Shown one piece after another: positions 1 to 10,100 of a stretch of DNA of 64,000 nucleotides. A program made the position numbers and the translations under genes. The stretch is from the NCBI GenBank assembly GCA_024232295.1, contig JAAEPT010000129.1, positions 3,769-67,768 on the forward strand, read 5' to 3'. The DNA comes from Cytophagales bacterium. Lineage in GTDB: Bacteria; Bacteroidota; Bacteroidia; Cytophagales; JAAEPT01. Numbering within the stretch: the first letter of the stretch is position 1; each line of letters opens with the position of its first letter. Under the pieces are notes generated by a model. It was given only the letters and a program-made list of their open reading frames with translations. It made no database searches and was not told the origin of the DNA.

Positions 1-1541
1 TGATAACCTGTGGTAAAAAGTAATTCGTCTTCCAAACTAGAGATACTTGCAAAAAATGGATTTCGAGCATAAAAATACATTAACTCATAACCTGTTTTCT
101 GTTCATGAAAATATTCTAAAGAGACAGGTAATGTTCCTACTGCAATACTTAGAGGATTAATTCCCAAAATGTACCCATGATAGTTAAACCATTTTTGTCC
201 ATAATGATGTCCATTTCTATTGGAAAATGGATTATGAAAACTAACATTTGATTTTTTGTATTTCCTTCTTTTTACTTTCTTAACAGCCTTATCTGCAATA
301 TTTGTCTTAGGTTTTAAGGTATCTACCACCATAGAATCTCCTACTTGTTTGGCAGGCATTAAGTCCCCCAAAACACGATCTTTGCTATTCTTATCAAAAA
401 CTGTCTTGTAATAGCCTGTTATTTTCCCTCGCTTATCATACAACTTCCAAATCCCCGTCTTCTGACCATTTTCAATTGTACCCTCAATTCTCTTTCTACC
501 AGAAGGATAATAACCTACATAAGTACCTGTATCTCCCTTAAAAACACATTCTCCTTCTTTTTTACCATCTTCATAAAAATACTCCCACTTCCCTTCATTT
601 TTACCATCTACCACTTTTCCTCTCACTTTCAAGGTCATATCTTCATAATACTCTTCATAGACTCCTTCCCCTTTCACAAATTCTGCCTTTGCTTTGAATG
701 TACCATCTTGATGATATAATTTCCATGAATTCTCCTTGGCTCCATCTTTATATTCACCTTCAGAACTTACTTCTCCAGATTTGTAATAATTCTTCCAAAC
801 TTCTTCTTTCTTTCCTGCCAAATAACTTCCTTCAGAGCTTACTTCTCCTGAAGTATAGTAATACTTCCAGCGTCCATTTTTAACACCTTTTCGCTCATAA
901 CCTTCAGAAGTCAAGTTTCCATCTGTATCATAATACTTCCACAAACCTTCACTAGTATTATCAACTACAGTACCTTCTGCCTTTTGATTACCATTCAAAT
1001 AGAACTCTTTATAAGACCCTCTCCCTTCATGATAGTTGGCAACTGCCTTTTTTTCTCCACTTTCATAAAAATAAGTCCATTCTCCTTGCTTTTGAGTATT
1101 CAAAAAACTTCCCTCTGACTTTTTCTTACCATTTTCAAAATAAAAAAACCAAACTCCTACTTTCCTTCCTTGCTCCAAACGACCTTTCTTTTCTACTCCT
1201 CCACTCTCGTAGAAATAAGTCCATTCTCCTGTATTATCACCCTCTAGTACAGCCTTCTTCTTTACTCCTCCACCTTCATAGAAGTAAGTCCACTCTCCTA
1301 CAGATTGATTGTTTTTAAACTGTCCTTTGGTAGATACATTTCCATTTTGAAAATAAAGCAAATATTCTCCCTCAATGACAGAAGGATTATTGGTCAAGAT
1401 ATGATACTCTGCTTTTTTCTGTGTTTTTGCCTCATCATACCACAATTCCACTTTCTTGTACTTTTTTGATCCCTGAGCAGATATCCATCCAGAAACTAAA
1501 CAACAAAGCACAAAAATTGAGGTTCGAATAAAATAAGGCAT
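1..1541 (-). CDS. Secreted MORN-variant (YwqK-like) repeat protein with probable C-terminal beta-rich domain; partial, runs off the left edge
   Basis: Manual translation from ATG at 1541: MPYFIRTSIFVLCCLVSGWISAQ (signal peptide), then repeats such as GEWTYFYEGG, GEWTYFYESG, GVWFFYFENG. The frame reads open in the segments I translated, including the last codons at the edge. Absent from the ORF track, probably because no stop lies in the window. Confidence 0.85.
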   Translation of the reverse strand, partial: MPYFIRTSIFVLCCLVSGWISAQGSKKYKKVELWYDEAKTQKKAEYHILTNNPSVIEGEYLLYFQNGNVSTKGQFKNNQSVGEWTYFYEGGGVKKKAVLEGDNTGEWTYFYESGGVEKKGRLEQGRKVGVWFFYFENGKKKSEGSFLNTQKQGEWTYFYESGEKKAVANYHEGRGSYKEFYLNGNQKAEGTVVDNTSEGLWKYYDTDGNLTSEGYERKGVKNGRWKYYYTSGEVSSEGSYLAGKKEEVWKNYYKSGEVSSEGEYKDGAKENSWKLYHQDGTFKAKAEFVKGEGVYEEYYEDMTLKVRGKVVDGKNEGKWEYFYEDGKKEGECVFKGDTGTYVGYYPSGRKRIEGTIENGQKTGIWKLYDKRGKITGYYKTVFDKNSKDRVLGDLMPAKQVGDSMVVDTLKPKTNIADKAVKKVKRRKYKKSNVSFHNPFSNRNGHHYGQKWFNYHGYILGINPLSIAVGTLPVSLEYFHEQKTGYELMYFYARNPFFASISSLEDELLFTTGY

Positions 1542-1640
1542 ACGCAAAGTAGGTTTATAATGAAAAGTACAAATTAAGAATTGAAAAAAGAAGTTAAAAG
1601 CCTATCTTACGTAAGATTAAAGAACCTTAAACCCTTTTCT

Positions 1641-3635
1641 ATGAATTTTATCAGAAATATAGTACTCTCTGTGCTTGTGCTCCTACAACTCTCACTAATT
1701 GCACAAACACCAGTTGCTAATTATGAAAACTATCAATGGGAAAAGAATCCCAAACTTCATAAACTTAGTGAAGAAGATAGCAAAAAGTTTGAACTTATCC
1801 TCAAAGAAAAAAGAAGTATTGAGTTTATTGATCAAGATGAATATGAATTTAGGCATAAAATTGTTCGTGTAAACTCGAATCGTGCCATTGAAAATAACAA
1901 CCGAATTTATCTTCCTTTGCGTCAAGGTGATTTATTAAAGTTTGCAAGAGCTCGTGTCATTACACCTAGTGGAAAAGTGCTAGAATTGGATAGTGATGAT
2001 ATCCAGACAGCCCAAGACCCTGAAAGCAAAAGAGTCTATAAGTATTTTGCCCTAAAAGGAATTGAGTTGGGTAGTGAAATTGAGCAAATCACTTATACAA
2101 GATCTTATTCAAACTTGGCTGGAAGCATTGTTTTCTTACAAGATGATACAGAGAAAAGAGATGTAGATTTTGAGTTGATCACTCCCAAACATATTGGCCT
2201 AAAGGTTAAACCAGTCAATGCTCCATCCATGACAATGGATAGTACAAGTATCCCTGAAAAAATAGTATGGAAAGTACACCTAGATAAAGTAGAAAAAGCT
2301 GAAAAAGAAGATTTTGCAGTCTTATTACCAAACCTAGTTCAAATCCATTATAAACAAGATAAATACAGCTTCAATTCTGGAGAATCAAGAATGTTTTTTA
2401 CTTGGCATGAGATTGTAGAAAGTGTATATCTGAGAGTCCACTGGTCAAAAAATCTTCCAAAAAAAGAACGCAAAGCACAGAAAAAAGACAGAAAACGAAT
2501 TAAAAAGTTTTTGAAAGAAGCTCCTTTGAAAACAGCAAAGTCTGAGAAAGAAAAAATTGCCATTGTTGAGCAATTTATCAAAGAGAGAATTCAAGTTGTT
2601 GATGCCTATAATACTGAACTATCAAATATTGAATTCATTTTGACAAATAAAGCAGCAAACTCAGTAGGTATCTCAAAACTTTATATGGGGATTTTTGAGC
2701 AATTAAAAATAAAGGCAAACATTGTATTAACATCCAATCGTGATGAAATCAAATTTGATAAGGATTTTGAAGGTTTTCATCAATTACAAAGCTATTTGAT
2801 TCACTTTCCAAACTCAGACTTATACATTTCTCCAACAGATAATTTCTCTCGTATGCAGCTTATTCCACATAACTGTACAGATAATGGAGCTGTATTTATT
2901 TATGCAGGAAACAATGATGATGCACCAAGTTATGAGTTTAAATACATTGAAGCACTGCCTGCTGAAGCAACAGTAGATGCTTTGAACCTAAAAATCGAAT
3001 TTGATGAAAATGATATTTCAACATTGAACATTGACATGAAGAGAGAGTTGACTGGTTATTATGCAAAAATTTACCAGCCTTATTTTGACTTCTTAGGAGA
3101 AAAACAACTCAAAGAAATCAAAAAATCAATGGTTCAATATATTGGGGATGATATAGAGATTGCAAATAGTAGTTTTGAAAATACAGGTTTGAACAATTTG
3201 ACAGTGAATCCACTCACTGTGAAAGCAACACTTAGCTCTACTAGTCATGTAGAAAAAGCAAAAGATAAATACTTATTCAGAATTGGGGATTTGATAGGGG
3301 CTCAAGCAGAAATGTACCAAGATAAAGAGCGAAAATTCCCTGTAGAAAATGATTTCAATCGTACTTATAATCGTGTGCTTTCTTTCAAAATACCAGAAGG
3401 ATACAAAGTTAACAACTTAGAAGATTTAAAGTTTAATGTAAGCTTAGCAGTAGAGGGTAAAACAAGTGCGATATTTGATTCAAAATATGTGGTGAATGGA
3501 GATGAAGTAACTGTAACAATTACTGAATACTACAAATCAATCACCTACCCAAAAGAATTATTTGAACAATATCGAAAAGTGATTAATGCAGCAGCAGATT
3601 TCAACAAAGTCATTTTGTTTTTAGAGAAAAAATAA
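1641..3635 (+). CDS. DUF3857 / transglutaminase-like fold protein, catalytic triad apparently lost
   Basis: Track ORF 1581..3635; the signal peptide begins at the ATG at 1641 (MNFIRNIVLSVLVLLQLSLIAQ). It shows the DUF3857-type N-terminus and typical C-terminus (FKIPEGYKV, YKSITYPKELF). ANS sits where active homologues have GDC. Confidence 0.8.
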   Translation: MNFIRNIVLSVLVLLQLSLIAQTPVANYENYQWEKNPKLHKLSEEDSKKFELILKEKRSIEFIDQDEYEFRHKIVRVNSNRAIENNNRIYLPLRQGDLLKFARARVITPSGKVLELDSDDIQTAQDPESKRVYKYFALKGIELGSEIEQITYTRSYSNLAGSIVFLQDDTEKRDVDFELITPKHIGLKVKPVNAPSMTMDSTSIPEKIVWKVHLDKVEKAEKEDFAVLLPNLVQIHYKQDKYSFNSGESRMFFTWHEIVESVYLRVHWSKNLPKKERKAQKKDRKRIKKFLKEAPLKTAKSEKEKIAIVEQFIKERIQVVDAYNTELSNIEFILTNKAANSVGISKLYMGIFEQLKIKANIVLTSNRDEIKFDKDFEGFHQLQSYLIHFPNSDLYISPTDNFSRMQLIPHNCTDNGAVFIYAGNNDDAPSYEFKYIEALPAEATVDALNLKIEFDENDISTLNIDMKRELTGYYAKIYQPYFDFLGEKQLKEIKKSMVQYIGDDIEIANSSFENTGLNNLTVNPLTVKATLSSTSHVEKAKDKYLFRIGDLIGAQAEMYQDKERKFPVENDFNRTYNRVLSFKIPEGYKVNNLEDLKFNVSLAVEGKTSAIFDSKYVVNGDEVTVTITEYYKSITYPKELFEQYRKVINAAADFNKVILFLEKK

Positions 3636-3650
3636 GGGGTTACAAATCAG

Positions 3651-3681
3651 AAAAGAGAACTACTTTTAGTTCTCTTTTTTT
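3651..3681. terminator. Bidirectional intrinsic terminator
   Basis: AAAAGAGAACTA-cttt-TAGTTCTCTTTT hairpin with A and T tails, between convergent genes. Confidence 0.85.
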
Positions 3682-3683
3682 GA

Positions 3684-4427
3684 TTATTCTAGAACAATAA
3701 TTTCTTCATCAGATGCTTTTTTCAACAAAGCAATAGTGGTATTTACTTCAAACTTTTTGAACAAGTTCTTTTTGTGATACTTTATCGTTTCTGTACTCAC
3801 AAAAAGCTCATCAGCTATTTTTTTATTACCATAACCCTTTACTAAACACTCCAATACCTCTTTTTCTCGCTCAGACACTGGAGTTTTCAAATCTTTTTCA
3901 ATTCGTTTCTTTAATTCTGTTAAGTCATGTCCTTCTATAAAGAAATCCCAACCAACTTTTTTTGATTTATCAAATTCAGTAATATCACTTAAAAATGAAA
4001 AATTACTGTAAGAATACCCTTTCTCATCTAAATCATAGACACCTGAATGACGCATTATTTTGAGATAAGTCCCATCAGTTTTTCTAATTCGGTAACTAAA
4101 ACGACTAACAAGTTTTCCCAAATTAGGGGTATCAAAACAATAACTCACCACTTCTTTGATCAAAAAAGATAACTTCTCTCTGTCTTCTGGATGTATCAAA
4201 TTTCGAGTAAGGTCTAGAAGAGTAATTTCGTCCTCTTTCCAACCCAAGAGTTTTTCCAAACCTTTGACATGTGAAACAGACTTATTTTTCCAATCTATCA
4301 CATAAAAAGCTTGTTTTTCTAGAAGATTAACGTCATTATCATCCTTCCATTTTGTATAAGTTGACTGATGATCTTGAAATTGAATGGCAGCTTTTTCAAC
4401 AAATTTTTCAAACTCCTCTTGTGTCAT
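3684..4427 (-). CDS. PAS-domain LuxR-family transcriptional regulator (LuxR solo, copy 1)
   Basis: PAS_3-like LIHPED...YRIRKTDGTY and C-terminal LuxR HTH (SEREKEVL...IADELFVSTETIKYHKKNLFKK). The ATG at 4427 overlaps the upstream TGA (TGATG); the track uses TTG at 4430. Confidence 0.9.
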   Translation of the reverse strand: MTQEEFEKFVEKAAIQFQDHQSTYTKWKDDNDVNLLEKQAFYVIDWKNKSVSHVKGLEKLLGWKEDEITLLDLTRNLIHPEDREKLSFLIKEVVSYCFDTPNLGKLVSRFSYRIRKTDGTYLKIMRHSGVYDLDEKGYSYSNFSFLSDITEFDKSKKVGWDFFIEGHDLTELKKRIEKDLKTPVSEREKEVLECLVKGYGNKKIADELFVSTETIKYHKKNLFKKFEVNTTIALLKKASDEEIIVLE

Positions 4428-5203
4428 CAAGCAAGGTCTTTCAGGTACTGAGATAATAAGTTATTGAAATCATTTACATTATCCATTTGAGGAGAATGAC
4501 TACCATCTTTGATAATGTGAATTTTTTGCTTCCACAAAGGAAGGTTAGGTAAGCTTTGGATATAACTCAAATTACACAAAGGGTCTTTCTCTCCAAGAGC
4601 AATGCAAACAGGAATGGTAGTATTTTGAAGTATTGTCACTTCATCAAGCAAATTCCCTAGTCCAACATCTTGTATAAGAGTACTTCTAAAAGCTCCATCT
4701 GTATTCTTGATACTTTCTTCTATTTGTGATAAATCTGTCTGTGACGTATAACTTTGTGCCAAAGAAGTAACTTGTTCATCTGTCAACTCAGGAAGAAAAA
4801 AAGAAGGAATGGCTGGATGTGGTAGAAATGAACTGCCTATATCTGGAGGTGAAGTCAAAGGAGGTACTCCAAAAATTAAAATGCCTACTACATTCTGGAT
4901 TTTGGACAAAGATTGTAATAATAAATGTCCTCCCAATGAATGCCCGACCAAGACAACTTTTGATAAATTCAATTCATTGATTGTGTTTGAAATACTACTT
5001 CTAATGCCATCTAATGTATAAAGCTGTGCATTCCTAATAGAATCTCCATGACCAGGCATATCCATACTTATCAAGCGATAATCTTGAAAAATTTCATCTG
5101 ATATTTGATGAATAAAAGAATTTTTATCACAAGAATTACCATGAACAAATACAATTGAAATATCAGATTCTACTTGGTTGTCAAAAATGCTAAGAGCTGT
5201 CAT
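4427..5203 (-). CDS. Alpha/beta hydrolase, AidH-like (possible AHL lactonase)
   Basis: HGNS oxyanion motif, DMPGHGDS, nucleophile elbow GHSLGGH, GVPP, TDG, acid in GEKDP, catalytic His in GSHSP. Confidence 0.85.
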   Translation of the reverse strand: MTALSIFDNQVESDISIVFVHGNSCDKNSFIHQISDEIFQDYRLISMDMPGHGDSIRNAQLYTLDGIRSSISNTINELNLSKVVLVGHSLGGHLLLQSLSKIQNVVGILIFGVPPLTSPPDIGSSFLPHPAIPSFFLPELTDEQVTSLAQSYTSQTDLSQIEESIKNTDGAFRSTLIQDVGLGNLLDEVTILQNTTIPVCIALGEKDPLCNLSYIQSLPNLPLWKQKIHIIKDGSHSPQMDNVNDFNNLLSQYLKDLA

Positions 5204-5303
5204 TATACCACTAATTAGTTGATGATGATTTTAAGGAAATTAATATAATCAAATTACAGTAAAGATGTGATAAAAATCACTATTTAAATGGGTATAACTA
5301 ATC

Positions 5304-5315
5304 ACTTACGTAAGT
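5304..5315. promoter_or_regulatory. Perfect 12-bp palindrome, candidate operator
   Basis: ACTTACGTAAGT in the divergent intergenic region. Confidence 0.35.
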
Positions 5316-5366
5316 TTTAATTTGTTATCTAAAATAAGTATTCTTTTTTTCATTTTTAATGACAAA

Positions 5367-5384
5367 ACTACCCTTTTGGGTAGT
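5367..5384. promoter_or_regulatory. Inverted repeat, candidate LuxR/NarL-type operator
   Basis: ACTACCC-TTTT-GGGTAGT, 70 bp upstream of the 5455 start codon. Confidence 0.5.
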
Positions 5385-5454
5385 AGTATCTAAATGATTT
5401 ATGTCGTAGTTTTGAGGGCTAAAAAAATAAATTTAAGAGTACTTCATTTGTATC

Positions 5455-7116
5455 ATGAAAACACGTGTATTAACATTCATCTTTTTTCTTTCAACATTTA
5501 CATTATTCTCTCAAACAGGATTTGATGATAAAATCCAAAAAACAGAGAAACAGCTAAAAGAAGCAGTACAAAATCAAAACTATGAAGAGGCTGCTAAACT
5601 AAAACAAGAGTTGGAAGTTTTACAATTGAAACAAGATTCTGTCATTGTGGCTCAGCAAAAGCTTCAAAAACAAAAAATCTCAATTCAGGAAATAGACATT
5701 GCCTTGGATGGTATTTCGCAAGAAATAGACAAAACACAACAAAAAATGCAGAGAGCAGCTCAAAATCAAGATTATCAAGCTGCAGCTCAATTCAAAACAG
5801 AAATTACTACCCTGACTGCTCAACAAGATTCTTTACAAGAAATCAAACAAAAGCAATTAGCCATCGCACAAAAAGAAAAAGAAGAATTTGAAGCAAAAAG
5901 AAATGAGTTGGCTTCAAAAATTTCAAACAAACAACAAGAAATGGATATGGCTGCTCAGAATCAAGACTATCAAGCAGCAGCAAAATACAAAACAGAACTA
6001 GAGGCTCTCACTGCTCAACAAGATTCTTTGTTACTTACACAACCTAATATTGTTGTAAATACACAACCTCAACCAAATACAAATACTGTAGCAAATAATA
6101 CCAGTCCAACAAATGGTACAGAAGCTACTGAAGAAAGAGTAGGAACAGAAGACCCTACAATTGTTAATAACACAAATACTCCTGTAATCATTAACGAAGC
6201 GACTAGTGAACCAATTGATTCAGCAAAATACAAACTATTAAGAATTCCAGATCAAAGAATGGTTGATAATGTTGGTTTCCAAATCAATGATTTGAATGAA
6301 AAAATCTCAATCGCTTATCAAGCTGAAAACTATGATCGTGTTGCAGCCTTGCAACAAGAAAAAGTATTGAAAGAAAAGATTAGAACTTCTATGCTGAATA
6401 AGGACTATAGTGAATTAGCTAACCTCCAAAAACAATATACTCAAGCAAAAAACAACTCTAAAAATTTCCCAGAAACTCAACGTGAGATCGAAATAAAAAG
6501 AGATATCAAAGAAGCAGAGATTGCTGCTGCAGAATTAGAAGCTCAGAACAACCAACCATCTACAGTAACAACAGACTCTGAGCCTGAACCAACAAATAAT
6601 ACAACAAATACAAATAACAATACTACTTATAATACTAATAACAATACAACAAACAATAACACTACTTATAATACCAACACCAATAACAACACAACAACAA
6701 ATAGTTATCAAAACAATACCAATCAAGACCCTAACAAAAAAATTGCTGAAGGAGGAATTGATATTATCACAAGAACGAATAATGATGCTACTGATGTAGG
6801 ATTGAAAATATGGGGAGGTAACAAAGGATTTTATTCTGCTATAGAATTTGGAGTATCAGAATACAATGAAGATGGGTACTTTTTCTATGATTTAGGATAT
6901 GCCTTATGTTCAAAAGATGTGTATTGGATGATTGGAACAAGACCTTACCTTAGATCTTTTTTATTTGATGATGGAGATGCAACAGCAACGTTCATTACAC
7001 AAGTTGGAGTTTACCATAAATATGTAGGGTTTTCTACAATGCTAGAAGTTAGTGCTGAAGGTGATGTTGGCTTTGATATTGGTCTTTCTGTACGATTTGG
7101 AAATACATTTAAATAA
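5455..7116 (+). CDS. Secreted coiled-coil protein with ~5 UvrB/UvrC(UVR)-like motifs and a probable small C-terminal outer-membrane beta-barrel
   Basis: Signal peptide; repeats LKEAVQNQNYEEAAKLKQEL, MQRAAQNQDYQAAAQFKTEI, MDMAAQNQDYQAAAKYKTEL and two weaker copies; Asn/Thr linkers; last ~125 aa show alternating hydrophobic strands ending GLSVRFGNTFK. Confidence 0.75.
   Translation: MKTRVLTFIFFLSTFTLFSQTGFDDKIQKTEKQLKEAVQNQNYEEAAKLKQELEVLQLKQDSVIVAQQKLQKQKISIQEIDIALDGISQEIDKTQQKMQRAAQNQDYQAAAQFKTEITTLTAQQDSLQEIKQKQLAIAQKEKEEFEAKRNELASKISNKQQEMDMAAQNQDYQAAAKYKTELEALTAQQDSLLLTQPNIVVNTQPQPNTNTVANNTSPTNGTEATEERVGTEDPTIVNNTNTPVIINEATSEPIDSAKYKLLRIPDQRMVDNVGFQINDLNEKISIAYQAENYDRVAALQQEKVLKEKIRTSMLNKDYSELANLQKQYTQAKNNSKNFPETQREIEIKRDIKEAEIAAAELEAQNNQPSTVTTDSEPEPTNNTTNTNNNTTYNTNNNTTNNNTTYNTNTNNNTTTNSYQNNTNQDPNKKIAEGGIDIITRTNNDATDVGLKIWGGNKGFYSAIEFGVSEYNEDGYFFYDLGYALCSKDVYWMIGTRPYLRSFLFDDGDATATFITQVGVYHKYVGFSTMLEVSAEGDVGFDIGLSVRFGNTFK
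6595..6722 (+). repeat. Asn/Thr low-complexity coding repeat (TNNNTTYN-like units)
   Basis: AAT/AAC/ACA-rich imperfect tandem repeats in frame within the 5455 CDS. Confidence 0.8.
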
Positions 7117-7124
7117 AAAATAAG

Positions 7125-10100
7125 ATGCGACTTATACAGATTAAACTTGCAATTATCTTTTTGTTTTTATTCACTTGTTCTTTTGCTCAAAGTGGAAAAA
7201 CTGAAAGAACTTCACTTCCTTTTAAAAACACAAAGCAAGCAGGGTATGGAGGTAAAATAGGTATTAAATATACTTTTCGTAGAACCCCATGTTGCATTGA
7301 AGCAGCAGTTCAATGTGATTATTCAAGAAGTTCTTTTGATTACTATTATTATAAGGGGAAAAAGTACTACCCTAAAGATTTAGGGCTTCAGAAATTTGAT
7401 TTTAACCCTAATAGAATTGATGTTTCAGCTAAACTGATGAGGAAAGGTAAACCTCCTAAATATCTCAAAAAGCTAACATTTACAGGAATTACAGATCGTA
7501 CATTTGCATCGCAAGTTAGTATCAATGATATTTTGTTACCAGCAGAAAAGAAACATCCAGTATCTTTTCTCAACAACTTTTTCCTAAAGGATTTTAAAAT
7601 TGTAAGCTATGGTTATCAATCTGATTACAAAATAGAACAACTCATTGAAAAAAAGCTAAAAAGTGGAAGTACTGGATCAAATAGTAACAATAATCAAGGA
7701 GGAAATAGTAATGGTAATAATAGAAATAACCATAGTAATAACTCAAGTACCACTGGGAATAAAAATGGCAAAACAAGTTGTAAGGCTTCTTTAACAATGA
7801 AGGAATCTTATAACTATTGTAAAAAATTCAGATACTATGCTAAGCCACATCCTGGTGCTTTTGCAGGGGGTGGGTCCAATGGTCCCCGTCATGTAGGTGT
7901 CAAAAAATTCACACTTTACTACAAGAAAACAACTACTATATATTGGGAAGAAAAGCAAATAAATGCTCGTGGGCTTGTCATGGATCGTGAAGGAAAACTA
8001 TATAATCTAGAGCCTTGTACAAAATATGACTACAAAGTAAAAATTGAATGTGAGGATGGTTCTTCTGTCACTACTCTTCCCAAAACTTTTACTACAAAAT
8101 GTTCTCCTGGACGATACATTCATAGCTATGAGGGGTATCGTAATGGATATGCAATCCTAAGAAGTAGAAGTAATGGTGACCAATGTTCTTATAATAAAAC
8201 AGAGACTTTGATTGTAAATGTCTACACCAAAAACGGATCTTATAATGAGACTATCTCCTTCAAACCAGGAGAAAAAGTAAAAATACCTATCTCTGTAAAT
8301 AGTACTTATTACTATAGAACAAAAGTAAAATTTGCTAATGGTAAGGTCTCTAAATACTCAAAGAAAAAAGGATTTTTTCAAGTAACTAGAGCAACTTCTG
8401 CTGCCAAAGTAAATAAGAATACTAAAAATAAAAATACAGCAAATAGTAATAACAACAATAACAGTAGTACGGGGTCTAAAAACCAGAGAGTATCCAATAG
8501 TAATTCGTCAAATAGTAGTAATAGCAGTAGTACTTCTACCTCTACTAGTACAAGCACTACCTCTCAGAAAAACAAAAATGCAAGAACTTCTTCTTCTACC
8601 TCTACTAGTAGTACAAGTAGTAGCTCCTCCTCTCCTTCTTATAGTTCTGGAAGTGGATCAGAACTAGAAACCACAACAATTGCAGTAGTTGTAATTGCTG
8701 CAGCAGCAGTAGGTACTTATGTAGCCCATTATTATTGGGGGAAAATGCTTTATACAGGAGAACCTCTCCCAGAAGGAAGTGAATATTCTGAACCTGGACC
8801 ATTATTTAGTGTATCGGGAGGACAATCACTAACCTTTATCAGTACACCTAATAATGAGCAATTGAATGGATTAAACTTTGATGTTAAATTAGAATACTCT
8901 CCTATTTATACTCCTTTTTTTGCCACAACTGTCAATGCAAATGGAGTAGCAGGTACTGGTTTATTATTTGGGAATGTACATGCAGGCTTTTCACTTGGTG
9001 CAAAAGTAATGGGAGGTATTCCAAATGTGAAAGTGTTTGGAGAATATGAACAAGGAGCTAGAGCAACAGCTCGTATTTATTATTCAAGTCCTATGTCTTA
9101 TGGCTTCCAAAGATATACTGGAGGATTACGCTTTTCATTTGGAGAAAATAATCATACACATATAGAACTTGGAGCAATGCTCGAAATTCAAGATGACCGA
9201 ACACAGTACCTAAATGATAATTACTTCATTGATAAAGCAGATTTAGGAGGAATGCTTTCTGTCTCAGTAGATAATGCAGGAGAATTCTTTGTTCAAGGCT
9301 TTCCTCGTTATTATACCAACTTAACTCAAGAAGAACGAGGTGAGAATTCACCAATGACGTACTTTGTAAATATTGGCTATAGAAGACGTTGGGACTACTT
9401 TCACAAGGGTTCTGAAAGAACAACAAAAGAGTTTAAACATCTACAAAACAAGAAGTTTATCTTCGGTATAGGACCTACAACAAGGTATCGCCTTTCTACC
9501 TTAAGAGAGCAAGAGAATGTATTTTCTGTTTCACCAGGACGTTCAATAAGTTTACTGTACATGGAAGGAGATATTCGATTAAACAAATATGTTCGTACAC
9601 AAGTTGGATTAGGGTTGATGCATGCAGGTTCTAATACAGGGCGTGTTGTTGTGAGAGATGTAGCAGAAGATCAAACTTTATTTAGTTATACTGACACTTA
9701 CTATAGTGGTAGCATATTTGACCCAAATAATGGAACTGAATACACAGAAAATTATACAATTGGAAAAGGAAAAGGAGATTCCTTCTCGATGAGTCATCAT
9801 TCAATTGCTGATATTCCAATTTCTGCTTCTGTAGGACTTCCTCTAAAAAACAAAACAATCTGGGCTAGAGTAGGTACAGGTATTAAAATTGGATTGAATA
9901 CAGTGACTAGTTTAGGTAGTATTGGAACACTTGCTGATTTAGAAGACGATTATGAATATACAGGAATATCAACCAATATTCATTATAACTTTGTAGGGTT
10001 CGGAATTGATGTTCCAACAAAAAGACATGGTTATAGAGCTTCTCTATCTTATGAGTGGGAAACAAACTCTGTACTTGATAGTTTTGCAACACAAAGTAGT

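Noticed and set aside
698-883. Track ORF 698..883 (+)
   Set aside because: Antisense shadow of the MORN-repeat gene.
1519-1530. GGTTCGAAT, tRNA T-loop-like
   Set aside because: Lies inside a coding region with no cloverleaf or acceptor stem.
3684-4427. Canonical AHL-binding LuxR quorum-sensing receptor or luxI/luxR pair
   Set aside because: The N-domain is PAS-like (IHPED), lacks the autoinducer-binding W/Y/D-P pattern, and no luxI is in the window.
6535-6726. Cys/Ile-rich antisense ORF and possible array-like repeats
   Set aside because: Artifact of the AAC/AAT repeat on the coding strand; no constant repeat with unique spacers, so not CRISPR.
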